A stretch of DNA of 64,000 bases from Candidatus Spongiisociaceae bacterium (lineage in GTDB: Bacteria > Actinomycetota > Acidimicrobiia > Spongiisociales > Spongiisociaceae). Position 1 is the first letter of the stretch. Every line of letters begins with the position of its first letter. This document shows, piece after piece, positions 8,776 to 18,802 of this stretch. Location: positions 800,001 to 864,000 of the forward strand of contig OZ241841.1 of NCBI GenBank assembly GCA_965202665.1, read 5' to 3'. Made by a program: the position numbers and the translations under genes. The notes beneath the pieces are model-generated. The model saw only the letters and a program-made list of their open reading frames with translations, was not told where the DNA came from and did no database searches.

Positions 8776-8973
8776 AGGGTCTCCGCCTCCCTTTCCGCCA
8801 CCGGCTCTTCCCGCAACCCCCAGTCGAAACAACGCCCGGCGGCCGGCCGCCGCCGCAATGTCCTCCGTTGCCCCTCTGATAATATCAGACGGGGTTTCGG
8901 AAACCGATCCAAAGGGACGCTCGGTAGGCATCCGGGGGGCAACCGGCCAACCCGCAAGGCGCAAAAAGGGCGC

Positions 8974-9414
8974 TCATGTGGCCTCCGCCTCCGTTTCCGC
9001 CACCGGCTCCCCCACGGCCCCTATCGAAAACAGGTATTCCGCCTCGGCGGCCAGCACCGTCGCAATGTCCTCCGGCGAATAATCGAAGCCTTTTTTGAGG
9101 AGGGACTCCCGGATGTATTCCACGGCCCCCCCTTCCCCGCCCGCAATCACCCGCAAACCCCGCCGGCGGGCGGCCGGAACCGCCAGCCCCTGCAAATAGT
9201 GGGCCGACCATTCCAGGATGCGCCCCACCCCCGCCTTGCCCAACCGCTCCCGCACCAACGGGTCCACCTGTTGGCAGGCGAAGGCGATTGCTTCGCGAAT
9301 CACGTACTGCGGCTCGGAGGCCGTGCGGCGGTTGCGGGCCTCCAGCAGGGCCACCGCCGCTACCGCCAACACCAAAGCCGCCGCCAACAACGCTCCGATC
9401 GCCAAAACCGGCAT
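8974..9414 (-). CDS. Hypothetical membrane-anchored protein
   Basis: N-terminal TM helix; operon position. Confidence 0.7.
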   Translation of the reverse strand: MPVLAIGALLAAALVLAVAAVALLEARNRRTASEPQYVIREAIAFACQQVDPLVRERLGKAGVGRILEWSAHYLQGLAVPAARRRGLRVIAGGEGGAVEYIRESLLKKGFDYSPEDIATVLAAEAEYLFSIGAVGEPVAETEAEAT

Positions 9415-9423
9415 GTCCGTGCC

Positions 9424-10605
9424 CTAAATCCCGATACGGTCCGCCAGACGGGCCCGGTGGTAGGCGGGGTCTCCGAACATTATCTCCGAACTTTTGGCCC
9501 GTTTGAAAAACAGGTGGGCGTCGTGCTCCCAGGTGAAACCTATCCCCCCGTGAATCTGAATGTTTTCGGCCGCGCACTGAAAATAGGCTTCCGAACAGTA
9601 GGACTTGGCCAGCGGGGCCGCCACCGACAGGTCCTCCCCGCCTTCCCCGGCCGCCGCCCGGGCCGCGTAGTAGGCGGCTGATTTGGCCGACTCCACCGCC
9701 ACCAGCATGTCGGCGCACTTGTGCTTGATGGCCTGAAAGGAGCCGATGGGCCGTCCGAACTGATGGCGGGTGCGGGCGTATTCCACCGCCATATCCAGAC
9801 AGGCCTGGGCCCCTCCCACCTGCTCGGCGGCCAAGGCGACGACCGCCATATCCAACACCCGGTCCACCGCCGCCCAGCCGCCCCCTTCCGGGCCGACCCG
9901 CGCCCCGTCCGGAACTTCCACTCCCGCAAACCGGACTTCGGCCAAAGAACGGGTTTGGTCCATGGACGGGATTTTGGCGGCGTCCACCCCCGGGGCGTCG
10001 GCGGGTACGATAAAAACGGTTATCCCCTCCGCCGGATGGTCGGCGGGGGCGGTGCGGCACACCGCCAGCAGGTTGTGGGCGATGTGGCCGTCCACCACGT
10101 AGGATTTGGTACCGTCCAAAGTCCAGCCGTCCCCGTTGCGAACGGCCGTCATTTGCACCCCGGCGGGATCCCATTTGCCGCCCGGCTCGGTAAGGGCCAG
10201 GGCCCACAGGCTTTCCCCGGCGGCGATGCCGGGCAAATGGGCGGCTTTCTGCTCTTCGGAACCGGCTTCCATGAGCAGTCCCGCCGCCAGGATCACCGTG
10301 GACAGGTAGGGGGCGGGCATCAGGACCCTCCCCATTTCCTCCATCAGCACCGCCGTCTCCACCGGGGTGGCCCCCGCCCCCCCGTACTCTTCGGGAACGG
10401 CCATGGCCTGCCAGCCCATTTCGGCGATGGCCGCCCACGACTCAGGGTCGTATCCGGCCTCGGTTTCCATCAGGGAGCGGGCGGTATCCAACCCGGCCCG
10501 CTCCTCCAGGAACCGGCGGGCGGCGTCGCGCAACATTTGCTGTTCTTCGGACAGGGTCAACCTCAGACGGGACTCCTCGGTAGCTTCCGCCTGATGATAA
10601 CCCAA
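9424..10605 (-). CDS. Acyl-CoA dehydrogenase (start uncertain)
   Basis: LSEEQQMLR, ALTEPG, RHQFGRPIGSFQAIKH, QIHGGIGFTWE. Confidence 0.92.
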   Translation of the reverse strand: MGYHQAEATEESRLRLTLSEEQQMLRDAARRFLEERAGLDTARSLMETEAGYDPESWAAIAEMGWQAMAVPEEYGGAGATPVETAVLMEEMGRVLMPAPYLSTVILAAGLLMEAGSEEQKAAHLPGIAAGESLWALALTEPGGKWDPAGVQMTAVRNGDGWTLDGTKSYVVDGHIAHNLLAVCRTAPADHPAEGITVFIVPADAPGVDAAKIPSMDQTRSLAEVRFAGVEVPDGARVGPEGGGWAAVDRVLDMAVVALAAEQVGGAQACLDMAVEYARTRHQFGRPIGSFQAIKHKCADMLVAVESAKSAAYYAARAAAGEGGEDLSVAAPLAKSYCSEAYFQCAAENIQIHGGIGFTWEHDAHLFFKRAKSSEIMFGDPAYHRARLADRIGI

Positions 10606-10651
10606 CGGCGCGGCGGGTCGTCCGTCCGCCGCGCCGCCGGGGCGTAAAACC

Positions 10652-12739
10652 TCAGAAACCGATCCAGGAGGTTTCCCGGAGGGTGTCCAAGTCGTAGCCG
10701 GCCAGTCCGCCCTCGGACAGGGTGAACAGCGTATCGCCCACCACCAGGGAGCGGCGCAGGGGCAGCCAATCCTCGCCCCAAGGTTCGATCGCCTCCGACT
10801 GCGCCCCGCTCGGCTCGTCCAAGCCGGTGCGTCGGATGGAGCCGTGGCCGCGCAGCAGTTCCCGTTGCCGCACCCGCTCCGGGGAAACCTCCAAAGCCAC
10901 CGCCCCTTGGAACGAATCCTTGATGTTCCCGTCCTCCTCCCAAGTCCAGTATTGAACGGGCAACACCGCCAGATCCTCCGGGGCCCAGTAGAGGAAGGCC
11001 CGGTGGTCGTATTCCGCCTCCGAAAAAGCGTCCCGCATGGTGAGCTGGGCGGTGCGGCGCGGGTTGTCCAAGTCGGACACGTCGAACACCGACACCTGCA
11101 ACCCGGAGATGACCCCTTGTTCGTCGGCGTCCTGCCCCACCCCCAGCAGCACCCCGTCCCCTATCGGATGCAGATAGGAGGAGAAGCCGAGGATTTTCAA
11201 CTCGCCCGTGGTGCGGGGGGCGGTCGGGTCGGACAGGTCGATGGTGTACAGCGGGTCGGTTTGCCGGAAAGTGACCACGTATCCGATCTCGCCTAGGAAG
11301 CGCACCGCGAATATCTGCTCCCCTTTGCCCAAGCCGCCCACCGAACCGACCAGGTTCAACCGGCCGCCTTCCTGGGCCAGCACATCCACCCGGCTCTCCG
11401 ACTTTCCCTCCTCCCCGAACCAGGACGGCTGGTTGGTGGAGGCCGCCCGCAGATAGCCCTGGTGTTCGGACAGGGAAAACTGGTTAAGCAGGAACCCATC
11501 CACCGTCCCGCTGGCCGCATACCGCGCCCCGTCCGGGCCGGCGATGTCGAACTTGTGGATGTCGGTGGTGTAATTCTCCGCCTCCCGGCGCCGGGCGTCC
11601 TCCGGGATCCCCCACCAGTCCACCCACCGTTGCGTCGTCACGTACAGGCTGTCCGAAGAGGCGTAGATGTTATCCGCGCCGGACATCACCGTGGTCACCG
11701 CCCCCGGATCAAGGGAACCGGTTACGTCGGCGGTCAGCACGCTCGCCAAAGCCCGCCCGGAGAAGTTCTGCGGCACATAGGAGGCGGCGCAGTCGATGAA
11801 CAGCCCTTCCTCCACCGTTCCCCCCCGCTCGTAGCGATAGGAGGGAACCCAGTCGGCCAAAGTCGATTCCCGAACCGCCTGCCGGTTGATCTCCTCCGCC
11901 CGGTCCCGGGACTCCTCGGAGTCGGAGGCCGGATAGACGAAGCCGGGCAGGGGAGGAGGATAGTAGGTGAACACCGCGGTGGCCCGTTCCCCCACCAGCC
12001 GGGCCGAAACATAAGACCCGCTCACCTGCAGGCTTTCGGTGATGGCCATCCGGCCGGGGTCGGAAATGTCGATCAGGGCGACCATTCCGTCGTAGTAGTT
12101 GTCGCCGGACCCGGACGCCAACCCGGCGCCGGACAGCAACAGCATCACCGTGTCGCCGCTCATAAAAAGTTCCCGCACCCACCCTTGGGGGAGGAACAGA
12201 GACGACCGCAACTCCGGTTTCTCCCCGGTTGCGTCCACGTACCACAAACGTCCGTTGCCCACCGCCAGTATCCGCCGCCCGTCGGTTTTCACAATGTCCG
12301 GTTCGTCCACCCCGGCCTCTTGGATGTTGGTGGTGGAAAAGTCCTCCCCCGCCTGCGGCGCCCGGGGCGCGGCCGGCACCAAAGAGGCGATGGCCCCCCC
12401 GTCGGACGATTCATCCACCGAGAACATCGCGTCGCCTTCCATTATCATCGGGCCCCCGCCTCCCCCCAGCCCGTAGGGGCCGACTTCTTCCAAGGCTTCG
12501 GCCTGAATGCGTTCCAACAGGGCGGGACAGGTTTTGGTTTCCACCAAGGAGGAGGCGAACAAGCCCACCGGCCCCGCTGAGCCGGGTTCGCTTCCGGCCG
12601 TAGTCGCCGGAGCGGCGGTGGAATCAACGGCGGCCGCGGTGGTGGCCGGGGCGGTGGGAACGGTCAGCAACGGTTCCTCGCCCGCGCAAGCGGCCAAGAC
12701 CATCGCCAACGCGGCTACTAGGACGATATGTTTTTTCAT
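10652..12739 (-). CDS. Secreted beta-propeller-domain lipoprotein
   Basis: Lipobox LAAC; FSTTNIQEAGVDEPDIVKTDG, LLNQFSLSE, VTFRQTDPLYTIDL, GELKILGFSSYLHP. Confidence 0.88.
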   Translation of the reverse strand: MKKHIVLVAALAMVLAACAGEEPLLTVPTAPATTAAAVDSTAAPATTAGSEPGSAGPVGLFASSLVETKTCPALLERIQAEALEEVGPYGLGGGGGPMIMEGDAMFSVDESSDGGAIASLVPAAPRAPQAGEDFSTTNIQEAGVDEPDIVKTDGRRILAVGNGRLWYVDATGEKPELRSSLFLPQGWVRELFMSGDTVMLLLSGAGLASGSGDNYYDGMVALIDISDPGRMAITESLQVSGSYVSARLVGERATAVFTYYPPPLPGFVYPASDSEESRDRAEEINRQAVRESTLADWVPSYRYERGGTVEEGLFIDCAASYVPQNFSGRALASVLTADVTGSLDPGAVTTVMSGADNIYASSDSLYVTTQRWVDWWGIPEDARRREAENYTTDIHKFDIAGPDGARYAASGTVDGFLLNQFSLSEHQGYLRAASTNQPSWFGEEGKSESRVDVLAQEGGRLNLVGSVGGLGKGEQIFAVRFLGEIGYVVTFRQTDPLYTIDLSDPTAPRTTGELKILGFSSYLHPIGDGVLLGVGQDADEQGVISGLQVSVFDVSDLDNPRRTAQLTMRDAFSEAEYDHRAFLYWAPEDLAVLPVQYWTWEEDGNIKDSFQGAVALEVSPERVRQRELLRGHGSIRRTGLDEPSGAQSEAIEPWGEDWLPLRRSLVVGDTLFTLSEGGLAGYDLDTLRETSWIGF

Positions 12740-12936
12740 GGGATTCTCCTTTGAACGAGGTTATCAGTTAGACGACCGCCGCCGCCGGTAAGGTTCCCAC
12801 CTTGTTCCTCCGCCTGCCTACGCCCCGCACCCTCCAGGCGCACTCCCTCCGCCACATCGCCTAGGAGCATCAGAGCGGCGGTGGCAGGAGCGGCCACCAT
12901 CCCAACGAGCAGGAGGGTTAGAACCAGCCGTTTCAT
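12736..12936 (-). CDS. Small hypothetical exported protein
   Basis: MKRLVLTLLLVG signal-like start; 4-bp overlaps with neighbours. Confidence 0.5.
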   Translation of the reverse strand: MKRLVLTLLLVGMVAAPATAALMLLGDVAEGVRLEGAGRRQAEEQGGNLTGGGGRLTDNLVQRRIP

Positions 12937-13334
12937 AGCAGTTTCAGCAGGAACCTGAAACCCACCACCGACACGCGCCCCCACATCAGGTTCCGTCCCG
13001 TCGCGGCGTTAATTATCTCACAGGCGACAATCAGAACAAGAATGCCGGCGCAACCGAAGAAGAACCAAAACATCTTCCACTTGTCGTCCATCGGCGGTTT
13101 CATAGGCCGATACACTGGGTTGCGTTCCTCACGCTCCCAGTAATTCACCGCCTTCTCCCGCTGTGCCTGCCGGTGAGCCTCATAAACGGCAGGCCGTACC
13201 TCGCCGTGGGCGGTGGCCTGCCACTTCTGCGGCAACTCCCACCCTTCCGTCAACTGCCACCGCCAAACCCCCCGCTCACGCTCCCGCCGTTTCGGCAGGG
13301 GCCGCCGATAGAGTTGGATGCCGCGCTCCCCCAT
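12933..13334 (-). CDS. Hypothetical membrane protein
   Basis: Trp-rich N-terminus, C-terminal TM; coupled to the upstream ORF. Confidence 0.55.
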   Translation of the reverse strand: MGERGIQLYRRPLPKRRERERGVWRWQLTEGWELPQKWQATAHGEVRPAVYEAHRQAQREKAVNYWEREERNPVYRPMKPPMDDKWKMFWFFFGCAGILVLIVACEIINAATGRNLMWGRVSVVGFRFLLKLL

Positions 13335-13546
13335 CAGCGTCTCTCCAACCTAAACCGGTCAGGCAACGCTTGCCGCAACAGCCGCATCGCCAGCACCGGT
13401 ATCCCGGCCAGCATCGTCCACTCCATCACCGCCCCCGCGAAGTGGAAGATGGTCTCCACCACCGCGTAGACGGTAACGACAATGAGAGTGAGGGTAGTAA
13501 CCCGGATAATCCAACGGGCTGCCCATTCCCCTAGTAGTTCAAACAT
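13334..13546 (-). CDS. Small 2-TM membrane protein
   Basis: AAAGGA RBS; two hydrophobic helices. Confidence 0.6.
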   Translation of the reverse strand: MFELLGEWAARWIIRVTTLTLIVVTVYAVVETIFHFAGAVMEWTMLAGIPVLAMRLLRQALPDRFRLERR

Positions 13547-13601
13547 CAGGTCCGTCCTTTCACTTGCCGCCCTGCCTTGTCATCTGTCGGGAACCCTTTG
13601 G

Positions 13602-13769
13602 TTATCCGTTCCACAACCGGTCGCCTAACAGGGCCGCTTCCAGCAACACCCAGGCAACCAACGCCGCCCACGGCCACCGCGTCCGCCACCGCTCCGCTAC
13701 CCACAAAACGAACCAGACCGCCAACACCAACCCCTCACCGCAACCCCCGTCGCTGTCCCGTTTAGCCAT
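13602..13769 (-). CDS. Small 2-TM membrane protein (55 aa, not in ORF track)
   Basis: Own translation MAKRDSDGGCGEGLVLAVWFVLWVAERWRTRWPWAALVAWVLLEAALLGDRLWNG. Confidence 0.45.
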   Translation of the reverse strand: MAKRDSDGGCGEGLVLAVWFVLWVAERWRTRWPWAALVAWVLLEAALLGDRLWNG

Positions 13770-13832
13770 CAGATTTGGCCTTAGAGAAGAAATTGCCGCC
13801 CGGCTCGATCAGAGCCGGGCGGCAAGGGTTTG

Positions 13833-15959
13833 CTAAGACGCCAGTTTCGCCTGCGGCTCCATCAAGGCCAGATCGGAGTCGAAACTGATCCAAGAAGTCT
13901 CCCGCAGGGAAGCCAAGTCGTAGCAGGCCAGGCCTCCATCGGACATGGTAAAGAGGGAGTCGCCCACCACTAAGGAGCGAAGCAGGGGCAACCGGCGCCT
14001 GCGTCCGAACCCAGACATCCATCCACCAAGCGCTGATTCGCGGATGGAAGCGTGATTACGCAACAGTTCCCGTTGCCGTACGCGCTCTTTGGAAACCTCC
14101 AAGGCCAAAGCTCCCGTCCCATCTTCCCTGTACCACCGGTGATTCACAGGGAGCACCGCCAGACGTTTCGGGGCCCAGTAGAGGAAGGCCCGGTGGTCGC
14201 GTTCCGCTTCCGAGGAGGCGCCCTCCAAGGTGAACTGGGCGGTGCGGCGCGGGTTGTCCAAATCGGACACGTCGAACACCGACACCTGCGTCCCGGAGGT
14301 CCACCCCCTTTCGTTGGCGTCCTGTCCCACTCCCAGCAACAACCCGTCCCCTATCGGATGCAGATAAGAGGAGTAGCCGAGAATTTTCAACTCGCCCGCA
14401 GTACGGGGGGCGGTCGGGTCGGACAGGTCGATGGTGTACAACGGGTCGGTCTCCCGGAAGGTAACCACGTATCCGATCTTCCCCATGAACCGCACCGCGT
14501 AAATCTCCTCTCCCAGGCCCAAGCCGCCCACCGAACCGACCACCCGCAACCGGTTGCCATCGCGGGCCAGCACATCCACCCGGCTCTCCGAATCTTCGTT
14601 CCACCAGCGGGCGCGCTGGTTGGTGGTGGCGACCCGCAGGAAACCGTCGTGTTCGGACATGGCGAACTGGTTGAGCAAAAACCCATTCACCGTTCCGCTG
14701 GCAACGTACCGGGCCCGGTCCTGCCCGGCGATGTCGAACTTGTGGATGTTGGTGGAGTAGTTCCCCGCCCCGCCCGTCGGTTGCTCGGCGGTCACGTACA
14801 GACTGCGGGAAGAGGCGTAGATGTACCGGGACGAAGCGCGGACATCCTGCTCGCCGGTCATCACCGTGGTCACCCCCTCCGGATTGAGGGAGCCGGTCAT
14901 GTCCACGGTCAGCACGCTAACCATATCCCTCCCGGAGAAGGTTTTCGACACATAGGCGAAGGCGCAGTCGACGAACAAACCTTTCTCAACCGTCTTCCCC
15001 CGCTCATGGATATAGGAGGGAACCCAGTCGGCCAGGGTTGATTCCCGAACCACCTGCCGGTTGAACTCCTTTGCCCGGCTCAACGACTCGTCAGAATCGG
15101 AAGAGGGGAACACGAACTCGGGCAGAGGGGGCGAATGGTGGGTAAACACCGCCGTAACCCGCTCCCCTACCAACCGGGCCGAAACATATTCTCCGCTCAC
15201 CCGCAGGGTTTCGGAGATGTCCATCCGTTCCGGGTCGGAAATGTCGATCAAAACCGCTATTGCCTTGTAGTCGCCCCCCCACTCCTGCAACAGCAACACC
15301 CTGTCGCCGCTCATGAACATCTCCCGCGCCCGCCCATGGGGCAGTTCCAGCGACGACCGCAACTCCGGTATTTCCCCGGCGACGTCCACGTACCACAGCC
15401 GGCCGTCCCCCACGGCCAGGATACGCCGCCCGTCGGTTTTTACTATGTCCGGCTCGTCCACCCCCGCCTCCTGAATGTTGGTGGCGGAAAAGTCCACACC
15501 CTCTTGCGGAGCCCGGAGCGCGACCGATGAAGGTTCGGCGGAAGGAACCGTGCAGTACGCGACCGCCGGATTAATCTCCATATCCGCCATAGCCATCGGT
15601 CGCGGGACCTGATTGTATTGTTCAAAGCCCTGCTCCCGGTAGGCATTCCAACCTCGCCGGTGATTGCGAAGATGTTCGCAGGTCCAACAATCATCGTCCT
15701 CTTCGCACAAGCCGTCTTGGAGGCCGTAGGGGCCTACTTCCTCCATGGCTTCGGCCTGAATGCGCGCCAACAGGGCGGAGGCCGTTTTGGTCGCCACCAG
15801 GGCGGAGGCGGCCATGCCCGCCGGCCCGGCGGCGGTCGGCGGAGCCAGCGTCCGCAACCAGGACCACGGCCCCCTCGCTTGGCTCATCGGCCCCGGGGCG
15901 GAGGGGCGGTCGGCGACAGCTCCCCGCCCGAGGCGGTTCAAAAAGGTTGGTTTCCTCAT
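13833..15959 (-). CDS. Beta-propeller-domain protein, paralog of 10652-12739 without lipobox
   Basis: Same family motifs; AAAGGAGA RBS before MRKPTF. Confidence 0.85.
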   Translation of the reverse strand: MRKPTFLNRLGRGAVADRPSAPGPMSQARGPWSWLRTLAPPTAAGPAGMAASALVATKTASALLARIQAEAMEEVGPYGLQDGLCEEDDDCWTCEHLRNHRRGWNAYREQGFEQYNQVPRPMAMADMEINPAVAYCTVPSAEPSSVALRAPQEGVDFSATNIQEAGVDEPDIVKTDGRRILAVGDGRLWYVDVAGEIPELRSSLELPHGRAREMFMSGDRVLLLQEWGGDYKAIAVLIDISDPERMDISETLRVSGEYVSARLVGERVTAVFTHHSPPLPEFVFPSSDSDESLSRAKEFNRQVVRESTLADWVPSYIHERGKTVEKGLFVDCAFAYVSKTFSGRDMVSVLTVDMTGSLNPEGVTTVMTGEQDVRASSRYIYASSRSLYVTAEQPTGGAGNYSTNIHKFDIAGQDRARYVASGTVNGFLLNQFAMSEHDGFLRVATTNQRARWWNEDSESRVDVLARDGNRLRVVGSVGGLGLGEEIYAVRFMGKIGYVVTFRETDPLYTIDLSDPTAPRTAGELKILGYSSYLHPIGDGLLLGVGQDANERGWTSGTQVSVFDVSDLDNPRRTAQFTLEGASSEAERDHRAFLYWAPKRLAVLPVNHRWYREDGTGALALEVSKERVRQRELLRNHASIRESALGGWMSGFGRRRRLPLLRSLVVGDSLFTMSDGGLACYDLASLRETSWISFDSDLALMEPQAKLAS

Positions 15960-16043
15960 CGGAATCTCCTTTAGTAGAAGTTGCCCGTTAGCTGTTCGTT
16001 TCGGCGTTTCCGCTTTCCCGTTCACTAACGGATTACCAGACCA

Positions 16044-16141
16044 CTAATACCCTTACCCGCAAAAGGTTGTCAAATCAGATTTATTATTTTATTTATTTTA
16101 TTATTATATAAGATTTTATAGCAGTTTTAAAAAATATTTTA
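16044..16141 (-). promoter_or_regulatory. Sigma-70-type promoter TTGACA-N18-TATTAG with AT-rich upstream tract
   Basis: tgtcaa 16068-16073, ctaata 16044-16049; about 65 bp of nearly pure A/T at 16077-16141. Confidence 0.55.
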
Positions 16142-16335
16142 CTCAGGAGCGAAAAACCCTGTCGGTGAGCTGCTTCCCGCAAAACCGGGTCGGCGACATT
16201 CTGGCCGAGCGCGCCCAACCCCAGCGTCGTCGGCGAGCGCGGCCGCCCGGTCGGGGTTTCCCTTTTTTTCCCGTATCATTAGCCTGGGCGATGGCCGCCC
16301 AAGACGGAGCGGCGCCCATCCACTTAGGAGAACCT

Positions 16336-17094
16336 GTGAACGACGAGCATCCGCTCTTGGTAATCGAAGACCTGCACGTTGCGGTGGACGGCTCCCCTAT
16401 CTTGCGCGGAGTGGACCTGACGGTGCGGCTGGGGCAAGTGCACGCTCTGATGGGTCCGAACGGCTCCGGCAAGTCCACTTTGGCCAAAGTTCTGCTGGGC
16501 CATCCCGGTTACGAGGTCACCTCCGGGGCCGTTTACTACAAAGGCGAGGACATCACCGACGCCGACCCGCCGGACCGGGCCATGCTGGGAATGTTTTTGG
16601 CCTTCCAGTATCCGGAGGAGATTCCGGGAGTGTCGGTGGTCAACTTCCTGCGCACCGCCCTCAGCAACCGCACCGGCGTCAACTACACCGTCTTGGAGCT
16701 GCGCCTGCGGGTTATGGACGCCATGAAAGAGCTGGGAATGGACTCCTCCTTCGCCGACCGCTACCTGAACCAGGGGTTCTCCGGCGGGGAAAGGAAGCGC
16801 AACGAGGCGCTGCAGATGGCGGTGCTGGAACCGGAGTTGGCGATTATGGACGAAACCGACTCCGGGTTGGACATCGACGCCCTGCGGGTGGTGGCGGACG
16901 GGGTGAAGCGGCTCACCGGCCCGGAGAGGGCCTTTTTGGTCATCACCCATTATCAAAGGCTGTTGGAATACCTGACCCCGGACGCGGTGCATGTGTTCGT
17001 CGACGGGCGGATAACGGAGTCGGGCGGTCCGGAATTGGCCCAAGCTTTGGAGCGGGAAGGCTACGAGTCCCGCCGGGCGGCGGTCGCCTCGTGA
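16336..17094 (+). CDS. sufC: Fe-S assembly ATPase SufC
   Basis: [47 protein letters not shown]; GTG start with AGGAG RBS. Confidence 0.95.
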   Translation: MNDEHPLLVIEDLHVAVDGSPILRGVDLTVRLGQVHALMGPNGSGKSTLAKVLLGHPGYEVTSGAVYYKGEDITDADPPDRAMLGMFLAFQYPEEIPGVSVVNFLRTALSNRTGVNYTVLELRLRVMDAMKELGMDSSFADRYLNQGFSGGERKRNEALQMAVLEPELAIMDETDSGLDIDALRVVADGVKRLTGPERAFLVITHYQRLLEYLTPDAVHVFVDGRITESGGPELAQALEREGYESRRAAVAS

Positions 17095-18320
17095 CCGACC
17101 TGCGCCGCCTCCGGGACGACTTTCCCATCCTCCGCCGCACCGTCAACGGCCGCCCGTTGGCCTTCTTGGATTCGGCGGCCTCCTCCCAAAAACCGGCGCA
17201 GGTGATCGAGGCCATGGCCGGCCTGTACCGCTCCAACTACGCCAACGTGCACCGGGGGGCCTACACCCTGTCCCAAGAGTCCACCGAAGCCTACGAGGAG
17301 GCCCGGCGCAAAGTGGCCCGGTTCCTGAACGCCTCCGACGAGCGGGAGGTTGTTTTCACCCGCAACACCACCGCCGGGCTGAACCACATCGCCTACGGCT
17401 GGGGGCTGAATCGGCTGAAGGAAGGGGATCGCATCCTGACCAGCGTCATGGAGCACCATTCCAACATCGTGCCCTGGCAGATTATCGCCCGCCACACCGG
17501 GGCCGAGCTGGCCTACGCGGACATCTCCGAAGACTTTCGCGTGGAGCCGGAACGGGTGGAGGCCAACTTGGACGAACGGACCAAACTGGTCACCCTGTCC
17601 GGAATGTCCAACGTGCTGGGCGCCATGCCCGACATCCCCGCCATCGCCCGGATGGCCCATCAAGCGGGAGCGGTGATGGCGGTGGACGGGGCGCAACTGG
17701 TTCCGCACGCCCCGGTGGACGTGCAAACCTTGGGGGCCGATTTCCTGGCTTTCTCCGGGCACAAGATGCTGGGGCCGACCGGAATCGGAGTGCTGTGGGG
17801 GCGGTTGGAGATGCTGGAGGAAATGGAACCGGCCGAAGGGGGCGGGGAGATGATCCGCGACGTGACCCTGTACGAGTCCACTTGGGCGGAGGTTCCCCAC
17901 AAGTTCGAGGCGGGCACCCCCCCGTTCGCGGAGGCGGTGGGACTGGGGGCGGCGGTGGATTACCTGTCGGCGGTGGGGATGGAGGCCGTTCTGGAACACG
18001 ACCGGGAACTGACCGCCTACGCCCTGCGGCGGCTGGGGGAAGTGGAGGGCCTGTCCGTGCAAGGGCCGTCCGAGGTGCGGGACCGGGGAGGGGCGGTGTC
18101 TTTTTCCATGGAGGGCATCCACCCCCACGACCTGGCCAGCATCCTGGACCAGGAGGGGGTGGCGGTGCGGGCCGGACACCACTGCGCCAAACCGCTGATG
18201 CGGCGCCTGGAGTTGCCGGCCACCGCCCGGGCCTCCTTCTACTTGTACAACGTTCCCGAAGAGGTGGACGCGTTGGTTTCCGCCTTGGAGACCGCCCGGC
18301 GAATATTCGGTTTGAACTGA
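17091..18320 (+). CDS. sufS: Cysteine desulfurase SufS
   Basis: LDSAASSQKP, EHHSN, FSGHKMLGPTG, RAGHHCA. Confidence 0.95.
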   Translation: MTDLRRLRDDFPILRRTVNGRPLAFLDSAASSQKPAQVIEAMAGLYRSNYANVHRGAYTLSQESTEAYEEARRKVARFLNASDEREVVFTRNTTAGLNHIAYGWGLNRLKEGDRILTSVMEHHSNIVPWQIIARHTGAELAYADISEDFRVEPERVEANLDERTKLVTLSGMSNVLGAMPDIPAIARMAHQAGAVMAVDGAQLVPHAPVDVQTLGADFLAFSGHKMLGPTGIGVLWGRLEMLEEMEPAEGGGEMIRDVTLYESTWAEVPHKFEAGTPPFAEAVGLGAAVDYLSAVGMEAVLEHDRELTAYALRRLGEVEGLSVQGPSEVRDRGGAVSFSMEGIHPHDLASILDQEGVAVRAGHHCAKPLMRRLELPATARASFYLYNVPEEVDALVSALETARRIFGLN

Positions 18321-18321
18321 G

Positions 18322-18774
18322 ATGTCTTTGGAAGAGCTGTACCGCGAGGTCATCCTGGACCACTACCGCAACCCCCGCAACCGGGGGACGTTGGACGACC
18401 CGGACGCCTCCGCCGACGGCTCCAACCCGCTGTGCGGGGATGATGTTCACATCGATCTGGCTTTGGACGGCGAGGTTATCTCCGCGGTGGCGGTCACCGG
18501 CCAGGGATGTTCCATCTCCCAAGCTTCCGCTTCCATGATGAGCGAAGCCGTCAAAGGCGAAACGGTGGCCGCCGTCCGGGATCTGACCGCCCGCTTCAAA
18601 GGAATGATGAGCATCGGGGAGCAGGCCGATCCCGGTTTGGACCCGGAACGGCCGGGGGCGGCCTTGGGCGACTTGGAGGCTTTGCAGGGGGTGCGCAAGT
18701 TCCCGGTGCGCATCAAATGCGCCGACCTGCCCTGGACCACCCTCGCCCAAGCCTTGGACGGCCAACCCGGCTGA
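18322..18774 (+). CDS. sufU: SUF-system scaffold/sulfur-transfer protein SufU
   Basis: LYREVILDHY, NPLCGD, GCSISQAS, RIKCA. Confidence 0.93.
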   Translation: MSLEELYREVILDHYRNPRNRGTLDDPDASADGSNPLCGDDVHIDLALDGEVISAVAVTGQGCSISQASASMMSEAVKGETVAAVRDLTARFKGMMSIGEQADPGLDPERPGAALGDLEALQGVRKFPVRIKCADLPWTTLAQALDGQPG

Positions 18775-18802
18775 ACCCCCGCCCAAAGGGAGGGCGGAGG
18801 GA

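Noticed and set aside
6259-9681. 1140-aa ORF on + strand, and similar long antisense ORFs (28725-30626, 33424-35595, 54406-56010)
   Set aside because: Shadow frames of real opposite-strand genes, expected in high-GC DNA; no recognisable motifs
16150-16335. Riboswitch in the sufC leader
   Set aside because: A GC-rich hairpin is possible, but I could not match it to any known riboswitch consensus
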